DNA of 64,000 bases from Podarcis pityusensis (Eukaryota): assembly GCA_964106645.2 (NCBI GenBank), contig OZ067041.1. One strand, written 5' to 3'. Shown here piece by piece: positions 1 to 11,272 of this stretch. The first letter of the stretch is position 1, and each line of letters opens with the position of its first letter. Position numbers and translations under genes: made by a program. A model generated the notes under the pieces. It did not search any database and was not told the DNA's origin. It saw only the letters and a list, made by a program, of their open reading frames with translations.

Positions 1-392
1 GTTTGAAGGAAGTTGAAGCTGTTACTCATGTCCTACAATACTGTCATTATTATAGGGACATATGTTCTATATTTATCACTCCAATCATGCAGCGAATCCC
101 AAGCAGATCTGATGACCACTACTTCAAATATCTAATAGAGGAAAGTGGCTAAATTCTGTGCTGCTGCTGCTATAAAATTAAAGAGACAAGCTCTGAATGA
201 ATTTAATGGCCAATGTCTTTAACACACGTATTTTAAAATGGCAGTTAAGGTTTTAGCCTACATATTTCAATTGTTTTATATCTGTATTATTTATCGTGTT
301 CTAGCTTATAGAGTTTAAATTTATTTATATTTACATGTTCTCTATTGCTGTATATGTCTGCATTTCTGGTCTGTGACTGTAATAAATCAATT
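1..392 (+). mobile_element. Older degraded 3' end of an RTE-X-like LINE (same family as 1722-3757); runs off the window's left edge
   Basis: Translates to EVEAVTHVLQYCHYYRDICSIFITPIMQRIP ... KVAKFCAAAAIKLKRQ, colinear with the intact ORF's C-terminus (EVETSLHVLLHCSYYEDLRLTFIAPVLQKL ... NVAKFCVAAIRRRKQ). It ends in ctggtctgtgactgtaataaa (366-386), versus ctggtctgtgaccgtttaataaa in the young copy. Confidence 0.85.
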
Positions 393-652
393 TAAAGCTG
401 CTCTCCTTGAAAGGAGAACCAACCCAGAAGATCCTGGACCCCCTCCCCACTGATTTACAGCCAGTAGGTTGGCCCCCACCACAAAATCACACCTCTCCAC
501 TCTGTCTTGCACTGGTGGTTAACTCAGGAGGTTAAGAGGGATAAAAAGCACCAGGCCAATGTGAACGGTTTTTTTTGGATGGGGGGTTAGGAAGAAGGGT
601 GGCAGTGTGCAGTTTTTATATTCATCTAGTAGTTAGTGAATGGCAGCATTGC

Positions 653-1435
653 TTTATTGTTTGTATATTGCTTACATTTCTACCGCTATGTGTTGAGCTG
701 CTGTATTGTTTTTGTTCCCAATAGGAATAAGAATAGGCTGTATTTACATATTTGCGGTCATTGCAGTTGCACTAAACCAACCCTTGTTTTCAACCTCTGA
801 CACAATCCATGACATTTAATTACAAGAGCCTGCAAATTCTAATGTTTTCTGTTATAGTCACATGTATTTTCTTCCTTGTTCAAACTCCTGTACATTTTTA
901 AACAAATGTTCAATCTGAACAAAATTTGTAGGGTGCCTTATAAGTGTGTACACACAAAGCAGGAGCTGCAGAATAGAAGTTCCACGGTAGATCTCTAAAG
1001 ACGGCAATTTAAAGTATTTACATTCACAACATATTTAATTCATAATCTACAACAGAGTCTCAAGGTAACATCCTAAATCACCAGTGCAAAGAATTTAAAC
1101 AAAGCAACTTACTAGCATATGTTCAGTGCAGTCATTTCACACATTTAGTCACAACAGTACAGAGGAGCATATTTAGAACTCAATGCATATTGCACAGCCA
1201 CAAAATGGAATCATTTTCACATAGTGTCAATAGGCAATTACTCATGATTTAACAGCAGTGTACAGCTTCAGCTCTGCAAGCTGACTATGCCCACTGCTAG
1301 CCTTTTAAATATATCCTAAAGGAAAACACAAGGGGATACTCCACATTGCACCGCTGAAGAAAACCAAGAGAGTCCATACTGAACCAGGCCAAAGCCCTGG
1401 AAAAGCCTTACGCCTTTAAAACCTGACTCTAAACC
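653..1435 (-). other. ATP6AP2: ATP6AP2 3' UTR, extent uncertain
   Basis: AT-rich sequence with no recognised repeat after the stop codon. Candidate poly(A) signals on the minus strand: ATTAAA at 1034-1039 and 815-820, AATAAA at 653-658. The site actually used cannot be determined. Confidence 0.45.
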
Positions 1436-1630
1436 TTAATCCATCCTAATCTTCTGGTTTGTCATTCTATAAATGATGCTGTCGTAGCCTGGATCCATAT
1501 TCCAGAGGTTGTAGGAGATGACTATCACAGCTATGGTAAGGGCTATCATCATCCAGAAGACTATGTTGAAGACCACAGCATAGTTAAAGTTGTATTCATA
1601 TCCTAAATTATATGGATTTTCATCTTTGGG
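1436..1630 (-). CDS. ATP6AP2: ATP6AP2 exon 9 (last coding exon; TM helix and cytosolic tail)
   Basis: [64 protein letters not shown]; AG acceptor at 1631-1632 with a pyrimidine tract; TAA at 1436-1438; hallmark [20 protein letters not shown] tail. Confidence 0.98.
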   Translation of the reverse strand, partial: PKDENPYNLGYEYNFNYAVVFNIVFWMMIALTIAVIVISYNLWNMDPGYDSIIYRMTNQKIRMD

Positions 1631-1721
1631 CTATGAAAAGAGACAAAAAGTTTTGTTAAAAAATAAAAGAGGAGTGGTAATCCAACACCATACTGATTAC
1701 ACCTGCCTGAAAGAAACGGGG

Positions 1722-3757
1722 AGTTCAAAGTTCAAATTTTATTAAACGGTCACAGACCAGGTTAACTCGTACAGCTAGTCAGCGAAGCATAACACCGGAA
1801 AAAACAAAGGACAATTTCAATACAGATTAGGCCATAACAGCAATTTGAAATTAGACAGCATAAATAAAATTAAGTATTTGCCTTCGCCTGCATATTGACA
1901 TTGGAAAGCTCTTGTTTCCTGCGCCTAATAGCGGCTACACAGAATTTAGCAACATTGATCGTAATTTCAGGAACCTTATCTTCTACCAAGGCTCTCATAC
2001 GTTGGGGTTCTGGTACATTTTTAAGCTTTTGTAGAACTGGGGCAATAAAGGTCAGGCGTAGATCCTCGTAGTAACTACAGTGCAGCAATACATGCAGACT
2101 TGTTTCCACTTCTGATGAGCCACATGGGCAAACACGTGACTCATATGGTTTGCCCTCATATCTGCCTAGCAGCAGGGCAGAGGGCAGAACGTTAAATCTG
2201 GCCAGGGTAAAGGAGTGTCTGTACTTAGGTATTTGTAAATCAGCCAGATAATTTGCGGGTGAGAACCCTCTTCCAAAGTCTCTAATTGTGGCATGTTTAT
2301 CCATTTTCCCCATATGACATTGCAGCTCTATGTCCCTAATGCGTTGGAGCACTTGACTTCTGGCTCTCTCATATCCTGCCGCTATCAAGATCTGCGGGGA
2401 GAATCCCAAGCTTCTTATCTTTTCAAACAGGGAAGCTTTCCAGGTAGAATGAAAGGTGTCTAAGAGTGTTAAAGGAGCCAAACCGGCCGGGAAAAAAATA
2501 AGTTTTAACCAGTAGTGTATCTTTAGAATCCACAACCGCACGTTAACGGGTGGTTGTCCAACTTCTAAGCGGACAGCTATATTAGATACACAGGGGGGGA
2601 TCCCCAATAAACACCGATAGAATTTTGTTTGAAATGCCTCCATAGGCGCAAAATTTTTAAAACTGCAAACCTGGGATCCATAAGTGAGTTGTGGGAGTAT
2701 TTTTGCAGCAAAAACCTGGGAGGCCGCCGGAACGTATTTACCCCCTTTCCCGTGAAAAAATCTTGTAAGGGCTTTATTGGCCCTTCCTGCATTGGCAATG
2801 GCGTTTTTCATCTGTTGGTGCCACGAGACCCTTTCCTGAAAAGTTATTCCCAGATATTTGAAAGTTGCTACCTGGTCAATAGGATGTCCATTAATTCTCC
2901 ATTTGTGTTTCCTTCTTTTTTTTGAAAACACCATAATTTTAGATTTGCTATAATTTATTGATAGTTGTTCCGCTTGACAATAGTCAGCAAGTGATCTCAA
3001 AAGCTTCCTCAAGCCAACGCAGGAAAAGGAGAGCAGGACTGCGTCGTCCGCATACAGAAGCACCGGGAGGGGCATACCTGCCAGTTTGGGAGGGTGGGCA
3101 TTTTCTTTCTCCATATTTACTGCTAAAGAGTTGATGTAGAAATTAAATAGCATTGGCGCGAGGACACATCCTTGTTTAACCCCATAGTGCGTTTGGATTT
3201 CTTTAGTTAGATGGCCTGACCGGTCGCATCTTACCCTCACCCTGGTGTTTTCGTATAGACCACGGATAAGGCGTAATAAGCGCTTGTCTATGTTTGTAGC
3301 GCCAAGCTTTTCCCAGAGTCTGTCCCTTGGTATTAGATCAAAAGCCGATCTAAAATCCACAAAAGCTGCATATAAAGACCCTCCTTTTCTAGAGTATTTG
3401 TCTGCCAGGTGTTGAAGGATAAGGGCCTGGTCTATAGTTGAACGCTTTGCTCTAAAACCAGCTTGAGCTTCTGATAGAATATGCTCTCTTTCCATCCACT
3501 CCACTAATTTATTACATAAATGAGCAGCGTACAGTTTGCTAATAATACTTAATAGACTGATTGGTCTGTAGTTAGCTGGCTCAGTTCTGTTTCCTATCTT
3601 GAATATTGGAATGATGATGGCTAAACCCCAGTCCTCGGGGATAATAGCCGCTTGATTTATACTAGTGAACAAGGCGGCTAGCACAGGGGCCCACCATTCA
3701 ACATTTGCCTTAAGAATTTCTGGTGGGATATTGTCAGCACCCGGGGCTTTCCCTGAT
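1722..3757 (-). mobile_element. Young 5'-truncated non-LTR retrotransposon (RTE-X-like LINE) in ATP6AP2 intron 8
   Basis: Open RT frame from ~3756 (SGKAPGADNIPPE...) to the stop at 1870; ~130 nt 3' UTR with AATAAA (1738-1743) and a (TTTGAAC)2 tail; no endonuclease domain. The clade call rests on the RT plus the C-terminal GRY...RVCPCG...HVLLHC motif. Confidence 0.85.
1870..3756 (-). CDS. LINE reverse transcriptase frame, 5'-truncated with no native start (ORF track 1870..3684, 604 aa)
   Basis: NYRPISLL, QAGFR, FVDFRSAFD, GVKQGCVLAPMLF, YADD and KYLG motifs, plus a C-terminal CxC...HxxxxC motif; no stops or frameshifts. Confidence 0.9.
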   Translation of the reverse strand, partial: SGKAPGADNIPPEILKANVEWWAPVLAALFTSINQAAIIPEDWGLAIIIPIFKIGNRTEPANYRPISLLSIISKLYAAHLCNKLVEWMEREHILSEAQAGFRAKRSTIDQALILQHLADKYSRKGGSLYAAFVDFRSAFDLIPRDRLWEKLGATNIDKRLLRLIRGLYENTRVRVRCDRSGHLTKEIQTHYGVKQGCVLAPMLFNFYINSLAVNMEKENAHPPKLAGMPLPVLLYADDAVLLSFSCVGLRKLLRSLADYCQAEQLSINYSKSKIMVFSKKRRKHKWRINGHPIDQVATFKYLGITFQERVSWHQQMKNAIANAGRANKALTRFFHGKGGKYVPAASQVFAAKILPQLTYGSQVCSFKNFAPMEAFQTKFYRCLLGIPPCVSNIAVRLEVGQPPVNVRLWILKIHYWLKLIFFPAGLAPLTLLDTFHSTWKASLFEKIRSLGFSPQILIAAGYERARSQVLQRIRDIELQCHMGKMDKHATIRDFGRGFSPANYLADLQIPKYRHSFTLARFNVLPSALLLGRYEGKPYESRVCPCGSSEVETSLHVLLHCSYYEDLRLTFIAPVLQKLKNVPEPQRMRALVEDKVPEITINVAKFCVAAIRRRKQELSNVNMQAKANT

Positions 3758-4220
3758 TATTTTGGATAAATCGTTGAAAGACAAAGCAGTTTCTAGTGTA
3801 TGGACTCACGTGCAAATAACCAATCGAGCACCTGTGTTTTCACCACCAGCTGCCCATAAATATTACCAGCTTCCATTTTTCTCACTACTAGGAGACAGGG
3901 ACTTCACATTTGTACTGAGGTATCACAAAAGGAAGAAACAAGCCAGATAAACTGCTTTTTAACTGCAGTTTGAAGAAGTCTGTAGGAGGCTTCTGAGAGT
4001 CCTTGCCAGTGGACCAGGGACACTTGCCTCTTCCGCTTAACAATGGACAACATAACAGCTCTGGAAGTTTATACAGTACATGATTCACTAGTATTCTCAG
4101 GCTTGTGGCTGCCTTTAAAATAGAAGGCATGTGAGTAATTTGGAAATACAATGGCAACATTTCAGAGTCAAAACTGGCCCCAAAGTATTTCACCTAATTT
4201 CTCTCTCTCAAAGTTTAGAT

Positions 4221-4355
4221 CACTGTTTCTCATACTTGGGTCTCCAGCTGTTGTTGGACAGCAACTCCCATCATCCCTGACTACTGAGCCTGCTAGCTAG
4301 GGATGATGGGAGTTGTAGTCCAACAACAGCTAGAGACCCAAGTTTGACAAACACA
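4221..4355. mobile_element. Palindromic MITE (hAT-like, common lizard family)
   Basis: Arms cttgggtctccagctgttgttggacagcaactcccatcatccct / agggatgatgggagttgtagtccaacaacagctagagacccaag. Degraded relatives at ~11860, 20390, 31740, 42290 and 54370. Confidence 0.75.
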
Positions 4356-4641
4356 TAAAAGTGATACAGTAGTCTCTTGGGAAAGTTGCTCAGTCTTTAT
4401 ATTAGCTTAAGGCCGAGACATTCTCAAATGTCTTTAAAATGACTACAGTTTTGTTCTCAGAATTATGTACTGTACAGTAGAGATAACAGAGAAAAAGGCA
4501 TAGTGCAGGCAGCTTATAACTGATAGGCTGCATTCTAAGTGATTTGCTTAGGCACTCCAGTGAAATTTATGAGATTACCAAGAAACTATTCAGGACTGAG
4601 CTACTGCATTCTCTTAGGAATTTATTAAGCGTTTGTACAAC

Positions 4642-4758
4642 CTGTGTAGACTGCAGAATGGATCGTGACTTCCTCACAAAGGGCGTGTCAAATGTATTCA
4701 CGGTCACTACCTCAACCACTGCATTCCCACCATAGAGGTTGTACATCTCGTCTGCAAA
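4642..4758 (-). CDS. ATP6AP2: ATP6AP2 exon 8 (furin RKSR and S1P RSIL cleavage region)
   Basis: [39 protein letters not shown]; AG at 4759-4760; donor CAG|gttgta. An alternative in-frame donor 3 nt further would end the exon at 4639. Confidence 0.93.
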
Positions 4759-5743
4759 CTGAAAACATGTTTTAAGACACAAGTCACCATCAGAGTTAGA
4801 TGCACAGTTCATGAGACAGGAGGGGTACCATTTTAATAGCCACCGAATAGTAAGAAGTGTAGACACCTCTTAGGTTGCTTCTAGATTTTACTTAGTGACT
4901 TAAAGTAGAATGGTCTACTACCAGAAATTAATCATTAATTATATTAAACTACAAGGCCAAAACTGCTATCCTGAAACTATTTACTGGCAAGTATCCAATA
5001 ATTATTACTGGAAATATTCAGGCACTGCCTATCAAGACTTAAAAAGATGCTGTACCCATGGCCAATGGATTTCTTTTCAATTCAACTGGAGGACTGGATA
5101 GTAACTTTTGCATGTGGGTACATAAAAGCTTCTGGCATCACTTGAATATCTGATTTTGGAACATTTCAGTGGTATTTTTCTGGTAGGCTGAATATGCTTC
5201 CAATAGGAACATTCCTAAAGCGTTTCTCTGGATAACAGTTCTAGTTCCATTTTCAAAATTGCTCGTTTCAAGGTACTCTCTAGTGCAATGTTTTAGCATT
5301 ATTTCTTGCCAAATTTCTGGAATGGCTCTTGGTATTTCTATGTTATGGTGTGGGCCAGCTACTCAGAAGAGGAATGAAAAGCTTATAATAACCTGATGTA
5401 ACACTTGATGCCTACCTTTGCTAATTTGCAAGGAATCCCTTCAACAGATTGCTCTGTCAACAGTTAACCTAATTTTCCAGTACCACTTATTTCTCTTATA
5501 GTCACTTCCAAATGCTTAAGACCGACCAGGGCTACAGAGATCTGGCCATCAAGTGTCCATTCATCCAGGAAACTTTCATTTAAAAAAAATCAAATAAGGG
5601 TCAGCAGTGATGTACTGCATAACGTTTTATTCAAAGCAGAAGCACTGTGCTAGTTTGCAGATAAAAGCAGGTGTTCTTTAGGTTTATGCTAGCATATTTG
5701 GCATTAAATACGGTATATAAAATAGGGTCTCTTCTCATGTTAC

Positions 5744-5893
5744 CTTTTGTAAGGAGTCTGCAAGAATCTGAGAGGCATCCTTGAATTGTTGTGAATCTTC
5801 CCCATAACGTTTGCCAATTTCTTCCAACCCAGAGAGCTCTAGAGAATATAGATCTGGTGAATGATCTTTGGCCAGATGTTTGTGCCTGGATAG
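5744..5893 (-). CDS. ATP6AP2: ATP6AP2 exon 7
   Basis: [50 protein letters not shown], 150 nt, AG/GTAAC boundaries. Confidence 0.97.
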
Positions 5894-6249
5894 CTTTTGA
5901 AGAAGTGGAGGGTGGGGACATAAAAAAAGAATGCCAGTGAAAAGTGGGTATTTTCCATTTTAAATGGTTGCATGTTTATGCCGCCCTACTTTATTTATCT
6001 TCACAATTTATATATCACTTAATACCATACTTTCCAAGCATGTACTGTAAAGCTAAAAAGATGCAATACATAAAAGTTAACGCTAACCATAAAATCAGAA
6101 AACATGCTTAAAATGCCTGCTGAAATATAAAGATCTTCACAAGGCACTGCATTATCTGACTGGCATGTCGCTTTTGCACACACATAAATGATGCTCAAAG
6201 CAGCGTACAACAGAAAACAGGAATGCATTTCAAAATCAAACAGTGCTTA

Positions 6250-6790
6250 AACAATTTCATAATAAGAAAATAAAAAACACAGTATCATATATAATATACA
6301 GAAAACATTTCAGGACCATAAATATAACTAATTACAGTAGCAAAAGTACACCTCATGGCAGCAGCAAAAATAACAAGGGAGCTTAACAGTTGCAATTTGG
6401 TCCTAGAAACACTCTCCCCGTGATGTTGCTCACAGCCCGTCTCCTGCATCAACTCGCAAGGCTTCTAAAAGCAAGGGGTGCAGCAGCTGGCAACACCCTT
6501 CCCAGCTGAACAGGGAAGGGGCCTGCCTCAGCTAAGGAAGGAGTTCCACAGCAGTGGGCCAACATTACTAATGCATTGCTCCGAGTGGATGCAAGACCTG
6601 TGTTCAAACCATGCGGGGAATACTAACGGTGACTCCTCTAAAGACCTCTGTGAATGGGCAAAAACAGAAAGTACCCCGGCCCCAAGTTGTCATATGCCTT
6701 GTAAGTTAATACAAGAACGCTTGAACTTTACTAGTAGGAAATGGGCAGCTAGTGCAATCTTTTAAGGACCAGATCTATGTGCTAGCAATA
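6250..6790 (-). mobile_element. Degraded L2-like LINE 3' fragment
   Basis: A-rich tail complement followed by the typical L2 antisense motif ggaaggagttccacagcagtgggcc; boundaries approximate. Confidence 0.45.
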
Positions 6791-7058
6791 GTGTATCCCC
6801 ACAGACAAGGAACCCTGACCGAGATCTCGCTTCTATTCTGCTAATTTGTTGGGAAGGACTGCTTCCTCTGCAACTGCATACATTTCTTCTCAGTTTAAGA
6901 ATTCCTCAGCCAGCTGAAGAGCCCACAACTGGAAAAGTTATATGGTGGCAGCTCCCACTGTGGCTGGGGCAAAACGGAAGATTATTTGCCTAACTTCTGA
7001 TAACAGATCAACAGCTGCCAACCCCATAGCAGAAATAAGTATTTGTTTAGTTGCTTAC

Positions 7059-7112
7059 CAAGCTTGTGATATCATGCAAAACTTGCAATTCTGACAGGAA
7101 GAGCAGGTCAAC
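7059..7112 (-). CDS. ATP6AP2: ATP6AP2 exon 6
   Basis: VDLLFLSELQVLHDITSL, 54 nt, AG/GTAAGC. Confidence 0.97.
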
Positions 7113-7476
7113 CTAAGGAAACAATAATCTTAAGTTTCTTGGAACAGGATCTGAATATGTTGCATCTAATTCAGAAGTTACACTATTAGCAGGGATGGCA
7201 GAAGTCAGGGTCACTTGCATATTTCTGCTTACTGATTATTACTGTTTATTATATTTATTTAGGCACTAAATGTACAAGCGTGACAAATTAACCTCAGCCA
7301 TGCTCAGACAAGGCTCAAAAATCAGTGTGGAGCACACAGATAGGACTGCAGACTTGTGCATTAGTACTTTGTACCCCATCCCAAATCTAATCCAAAGGGC
7401 TTGGGGGCTTCAGAACTGTGGGAGGAGATGCAGACTGATGTCAGTGGAAAGGTCATCATTGCAGCTGGACAGAGTA

Positions 7477-7691
7477 CAGTCATACCTTGGATCTCAAACA
7501 CTTTGGCTCCCAGAGAAATCGACTCCTGAACAATTGAAACCCGGAAGTGAATGTTCCAGTTTTCGAACAATTTTTGGAAGCCGAACGCCCAGTGCTGCTT
7601 CCGATTGGCTGAAGGAGCTTTGGTTTCTGAACGTTTTGGAAGTCAAACGGACTTCCGGAATGGATTCCGTTCAACTTCCAAGGTATGACTG
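7477..7691. mobile_element. Tc1/mariner-type MITE
   Basis: 15-bp perfect TIR cagtcataccttgga / tccaaggtatgactg, flanked by TA on both sides. Confidence 0.9.
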
Positions 7692-7842
7692 TACATATAT
7701 GTGCTTAAAGTTGTATTAAGCAAATAACTGAAACATATGCACCACCACCATCCCTCTGCATCCCCCTGGAAAACTAGGTTGTGTACCTTAAATTTGAAAG
7801 AGTGGCATAATATAAAATGGAAAAAGTTGTGTCTAATGTCTA

Positions 7843-8034
<192 letters not shown>

Positions 8035-8171
8035 TCACCTGAGAAAAGGACGTTTCTTCAACACAACTGTTTTCCCAAAATGAAAAGTTTTTACACAAGG
8101 TTATACTTGGAAGCATGAGTAGGGCATTATTAATTAATTTCAGGGGCTTTCAGAAAGAGACAGGCACATAC

Positions 8172-8267
8172 CTCTTCGCTAGGAGCTAGCTGTACCACGA
8201 CAGGGGTTTCTTCAGAAAATAAGGTGTGAATTGCATTCGCAACACCATCCAAGCTAAAAGGAACCGC
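8172..8267 (-). CDS. ATP6AP2: ATP6AP2 exon 4
   Basis: [32 protein letters not shown], 96 nt, AG/GTATG. Confidence 0.97.
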
Positions 8268-8477
8268 CTAGGGCAATACAGAAAGGATTAGTAAGCAATG
8301 TCTGGCTGCGGCATATGGAAAATTGCAAGAAGGGTAACTAACCCCAGCAGAAATGTACACAGAACAAGACACTGGAAAAGCAGGAGTTTGTTAACAAGGA
8401 CCCTCTCCCCTCCAAATATAGTAAGGTCTCTAGGTCTACCAGAATAAGCATTTGAAGCTACACATGACAGTACTTAC

Positions 8478-8606
8478 ATTCTCAACTGGGTAAGATATGC
8501 TGTTTTTAGGCAACATTAGTTTGTCTATCCCTGTCACTGTGACTAGAACTGTAGCTCGAGGACGCCGGAAGAGATCTCCAACTGCTAGCCCCGGCCAAGA
8601 GAGATC
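8478..8606 (-). CDS. ATP6AP2: ATP6AP2 exon 3
   Basis: [43 protein letters not shown], 129 nt, AG/GTAAGT. Confidence 0.97.
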
Positions 8607-9027
8607 CTATAATAATTCAGATTATTTTTTTTAAAAGGAATGTTTTAGCTTTTAAAAAATACAACAGCAGCAGCAACAACAAAGCAAGAAAAGCAGAGTT
8701 AGGGTCACATGAAAAGTTATTCCCAATCAATATGGGGTGTAGGGAAGGAGGCAGTCATTAAGGCATGAAGGGTTTATGCTACTTGGGATATTTATATATG
8801 AAAAGCCACATGTGTATTATTGAAATAATGGGTAAGTAGCCACCATTGCCTGGTTTTACTATATAGGCCCAATATAAAGCAAAGCCTACAGAAAGCTAGA
8901 TTATGCTCTTGCCCCTAATTCCTAAAGAGTGCTGAGAAACAGAAGGGACTGCACAGGCTAGGCCTGTTTAAACAATTTTCAAAGGAATGAACAATGTGGC
9001 TGAACAGAGACATAGTGAGTTGCATAC

Positions 9028-9158
9028 TTCCTCAATAGAGAAGCCCATGGAAAGTGCTGCCACATCTGGAATTCGCTCGCCAGGTATTGGCCAACTTCCT
9101 TCACGGAAAACAATGGATTCAGGATATCTTAATACACTGAACTCATTGGCAGAAATAC
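9028..9158 (-). CDS. ATP6AP2: ATP6AP2 exon 2
   Basis: (G)[43 protein letters not shown], 131 nt, phase-1 start, AG/GTATG. Confidence 0.97.
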
Positions 9159-9644
9159 CTGAAAAAGGAAGGTAGAGTTGGTAAAAAAACCCACATCCTT
9201 AAACAGCATCTCAGCTTTTCTGGAAAGCCTTTGCATGAGAACAAGCAGAATGAGGCGGGAGAATGGGCCACACCACTTTAGACTACAGGTGTCAGCTACT
9301 ACTGTTGAATGCTTGCCCCCAGGTAAAATAAAACTGTTTGCAAATAGAAAGACCCTTCACGGGGAAAATATGCCAGCCCATGTCCTTGCCCAGCTGTGCT
9401 TATTTTATATCGCACAGGAAATTCTTTTTGTGTTTGAGAGGAGCACTGAAAGTGGGATCCTTCACATGAACTTCATTCTACCATGTCATTCCAATTCCTA
9501 CAACACAGAGCCTTTGATTACAGTAAATCCTTTTCGAACTACAGCTAATGTTTTTCAGTTTATTTCTCTACTAAACTATTGGACACTCCTGAAGAAAATA
9601 TTGTGATAGTAGGAAACAGCCAATATGGTGTACTAAATAATGTA

Positions 9645-9838
9645 AAAGGTAAAGGTAAAGGACCCCTGGATGGATAAGTCCAGTCAAAGGCGACTATGGG
9701 GTTGCGGCACTCATCTCACTTTCAGGCCGAAGGAGCCAGTGTTTGTCCACAGACAGCTTTCCGGGTCATGTGGCCAGCAGGACTAAACTGCTTCTGGCAG
9801 AACGGATCACCATGACAGAAACCAGAGTGCCTGGAAAC
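9645..9838 (-). mobile_element. Sauria SINE, 3' half
   Basis: (ACCTTT)n tail complement aaaggtaaaggtaaagg followed by cccctgga...agtccagtc...ccgggtcatgtggccagca, typical of Sauria SINE. Confidence 0.85.
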
Positions 9839-10194
9839 ATACTAAATATGCAGGTGTGCCTATGTATCTAATTATCATAAACAGAAGTCTTGTTCCCCAG
9901 GCTATTTCTTACAAAGGTAAGGAATAAGGATACCCCTACATGCGGTACCCAATAGGGGCTGCAGGGAAGCCTTGGTACAATCACTAAATGCAACTGATAC
10001 ACATACTTGGGGGGGGGGGAGGGTTGAGTCAAAGGAAATGCTGTCCCCACTTTCCATCATAGGATCGCTAATGTCATAGCCTACATCCCTACTCAGCTGT
10101 TTCCTTTTCTGGAGAGTTACCCTGAGAAGTGAGGGGGTAATGGGTTAGCAGCTCAATCGTTACTCAAAATCTATGGCTACAAATGCCACTTTAG

Positions 10195-10378
10195 GAGAGG
10201 GTGGATAGCTCAATGGTAGAGCTCATCTTTGAATACAGATGTTTTCTTGACCAATCCCCTGACACCTCCAGTGAAAAAGATCTCAGGTACTGGGTCTGCA
10301 AAAGATCCAGAGTGCTTCTGCCACCTGGGGTAGACAATACTGGGCTGGATGGACCAAGTGTAAGGCAGCTTTCTATAT
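10195..10378 (+). mobile_element. tRNA-derived SINE (degraded)
   Basis: A-box-like head tagctcaatggtagagc and tail gtagacaatactgggctggatggacc. Relatives at ~51010-51095(-), ~54620-54700(-) and ~60260-60705. Confidence 0.6.
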
Positions 10379-11272
10379 TTGTCTGCATCATGTTAGCCTC
10401 CATGTTAGCCAACTACAGGGTTAAGTTGCACCTCTCAGAAAGCAAGATTTGGCTGAAAGCTTCCAGTTGCTTATCCTAATCCTACATGTTCCAGAGGCAG
10501 AATGAGGTTCCACAAAAGGAAGCAGAAAAACGGAGACCACACAAAAGCCTCCAACAGATATAACGCTTCAGCTACAATATGTTTCTTCCTTTATTCTGAC
10601 CACATCAACCTTGGAGTTAGGTCTAAACCACATTCAACTTTTAACAAAAATACAGGTGGTATTGACAGTAAACATGTGTCATTTCATAACACTAGCTTCC
10701 AACAACAGCACTGTATCTGTAAATATTATATACCCATCAGGTCATTTAAATATAGGGCAAAGGAGTTCAATACTAGGTTTTTTAAAAAAAATTATTGCGT
10801 GTATAAATCAGAGAAAATATAATCATTTGCAGATAACTCACGATTCAGAAATGGGCCTAGACATTCCGTTGTTGTGCCCATAACCTAGGTTTAAGGTGCC
10901 ATTTAGCTCCCAGCTTTCATATCTCAGTTTCTAACACTGCTCATTTGCTTTTACTTGAAAATCATTACAAGCACTTTTATTTAAGAAGGTGCCACTGTAC
11001 TTTTAACTCCCTTGTTCCAATCTTGCACACAGGATTAACACACACAACAGTTGATTTACAGTGACAATTAGAACCTACACATTTGAGAGCTGCAACTATT
11101 TCATTCCAGCCATGGCCTGTCAATTGGGGGGGGGGATATAAATCCTGGAGTTTTCCGACATTTAGACACATATTATCACTTTGCCATGTATGTGCAATAG
11201 TTATACTCCTATATATATATTCCAAAGAAATGCAGCTAATTAGCATAAATTTTGTGAGTTGTTCCTTTAAAG

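Noticed and set aside
110-130. CTGATGA as a hammerhead or snoRNA box (also at ~51953)
   Set aside because: No stem II/GAAA arrangement follows; the first occurrence lies inside LINE coding remnant.
1870-3684. RT as a prokaryotic-type system (retron, DGR, group II intron)
   Set aside because: The motifs, the 3' tail, the 5' truncation and a second decayed copy all indicate a eukaryotic non-LTR retrotransposon.
3740-3765. In-frame splicing of ATP6AP2 exon 8 into the RT ORF (fusion protein)
   Set aside because: The AG at the ORF start (aataatcag) lacks a pyrimidine tract and is phase 1, whereas exon 8 ends in phase 0.
10195-10270. tRNA gene
   Set aside because: Only a decayed A-box head with no cloverleaf; it continues into a SINE body.
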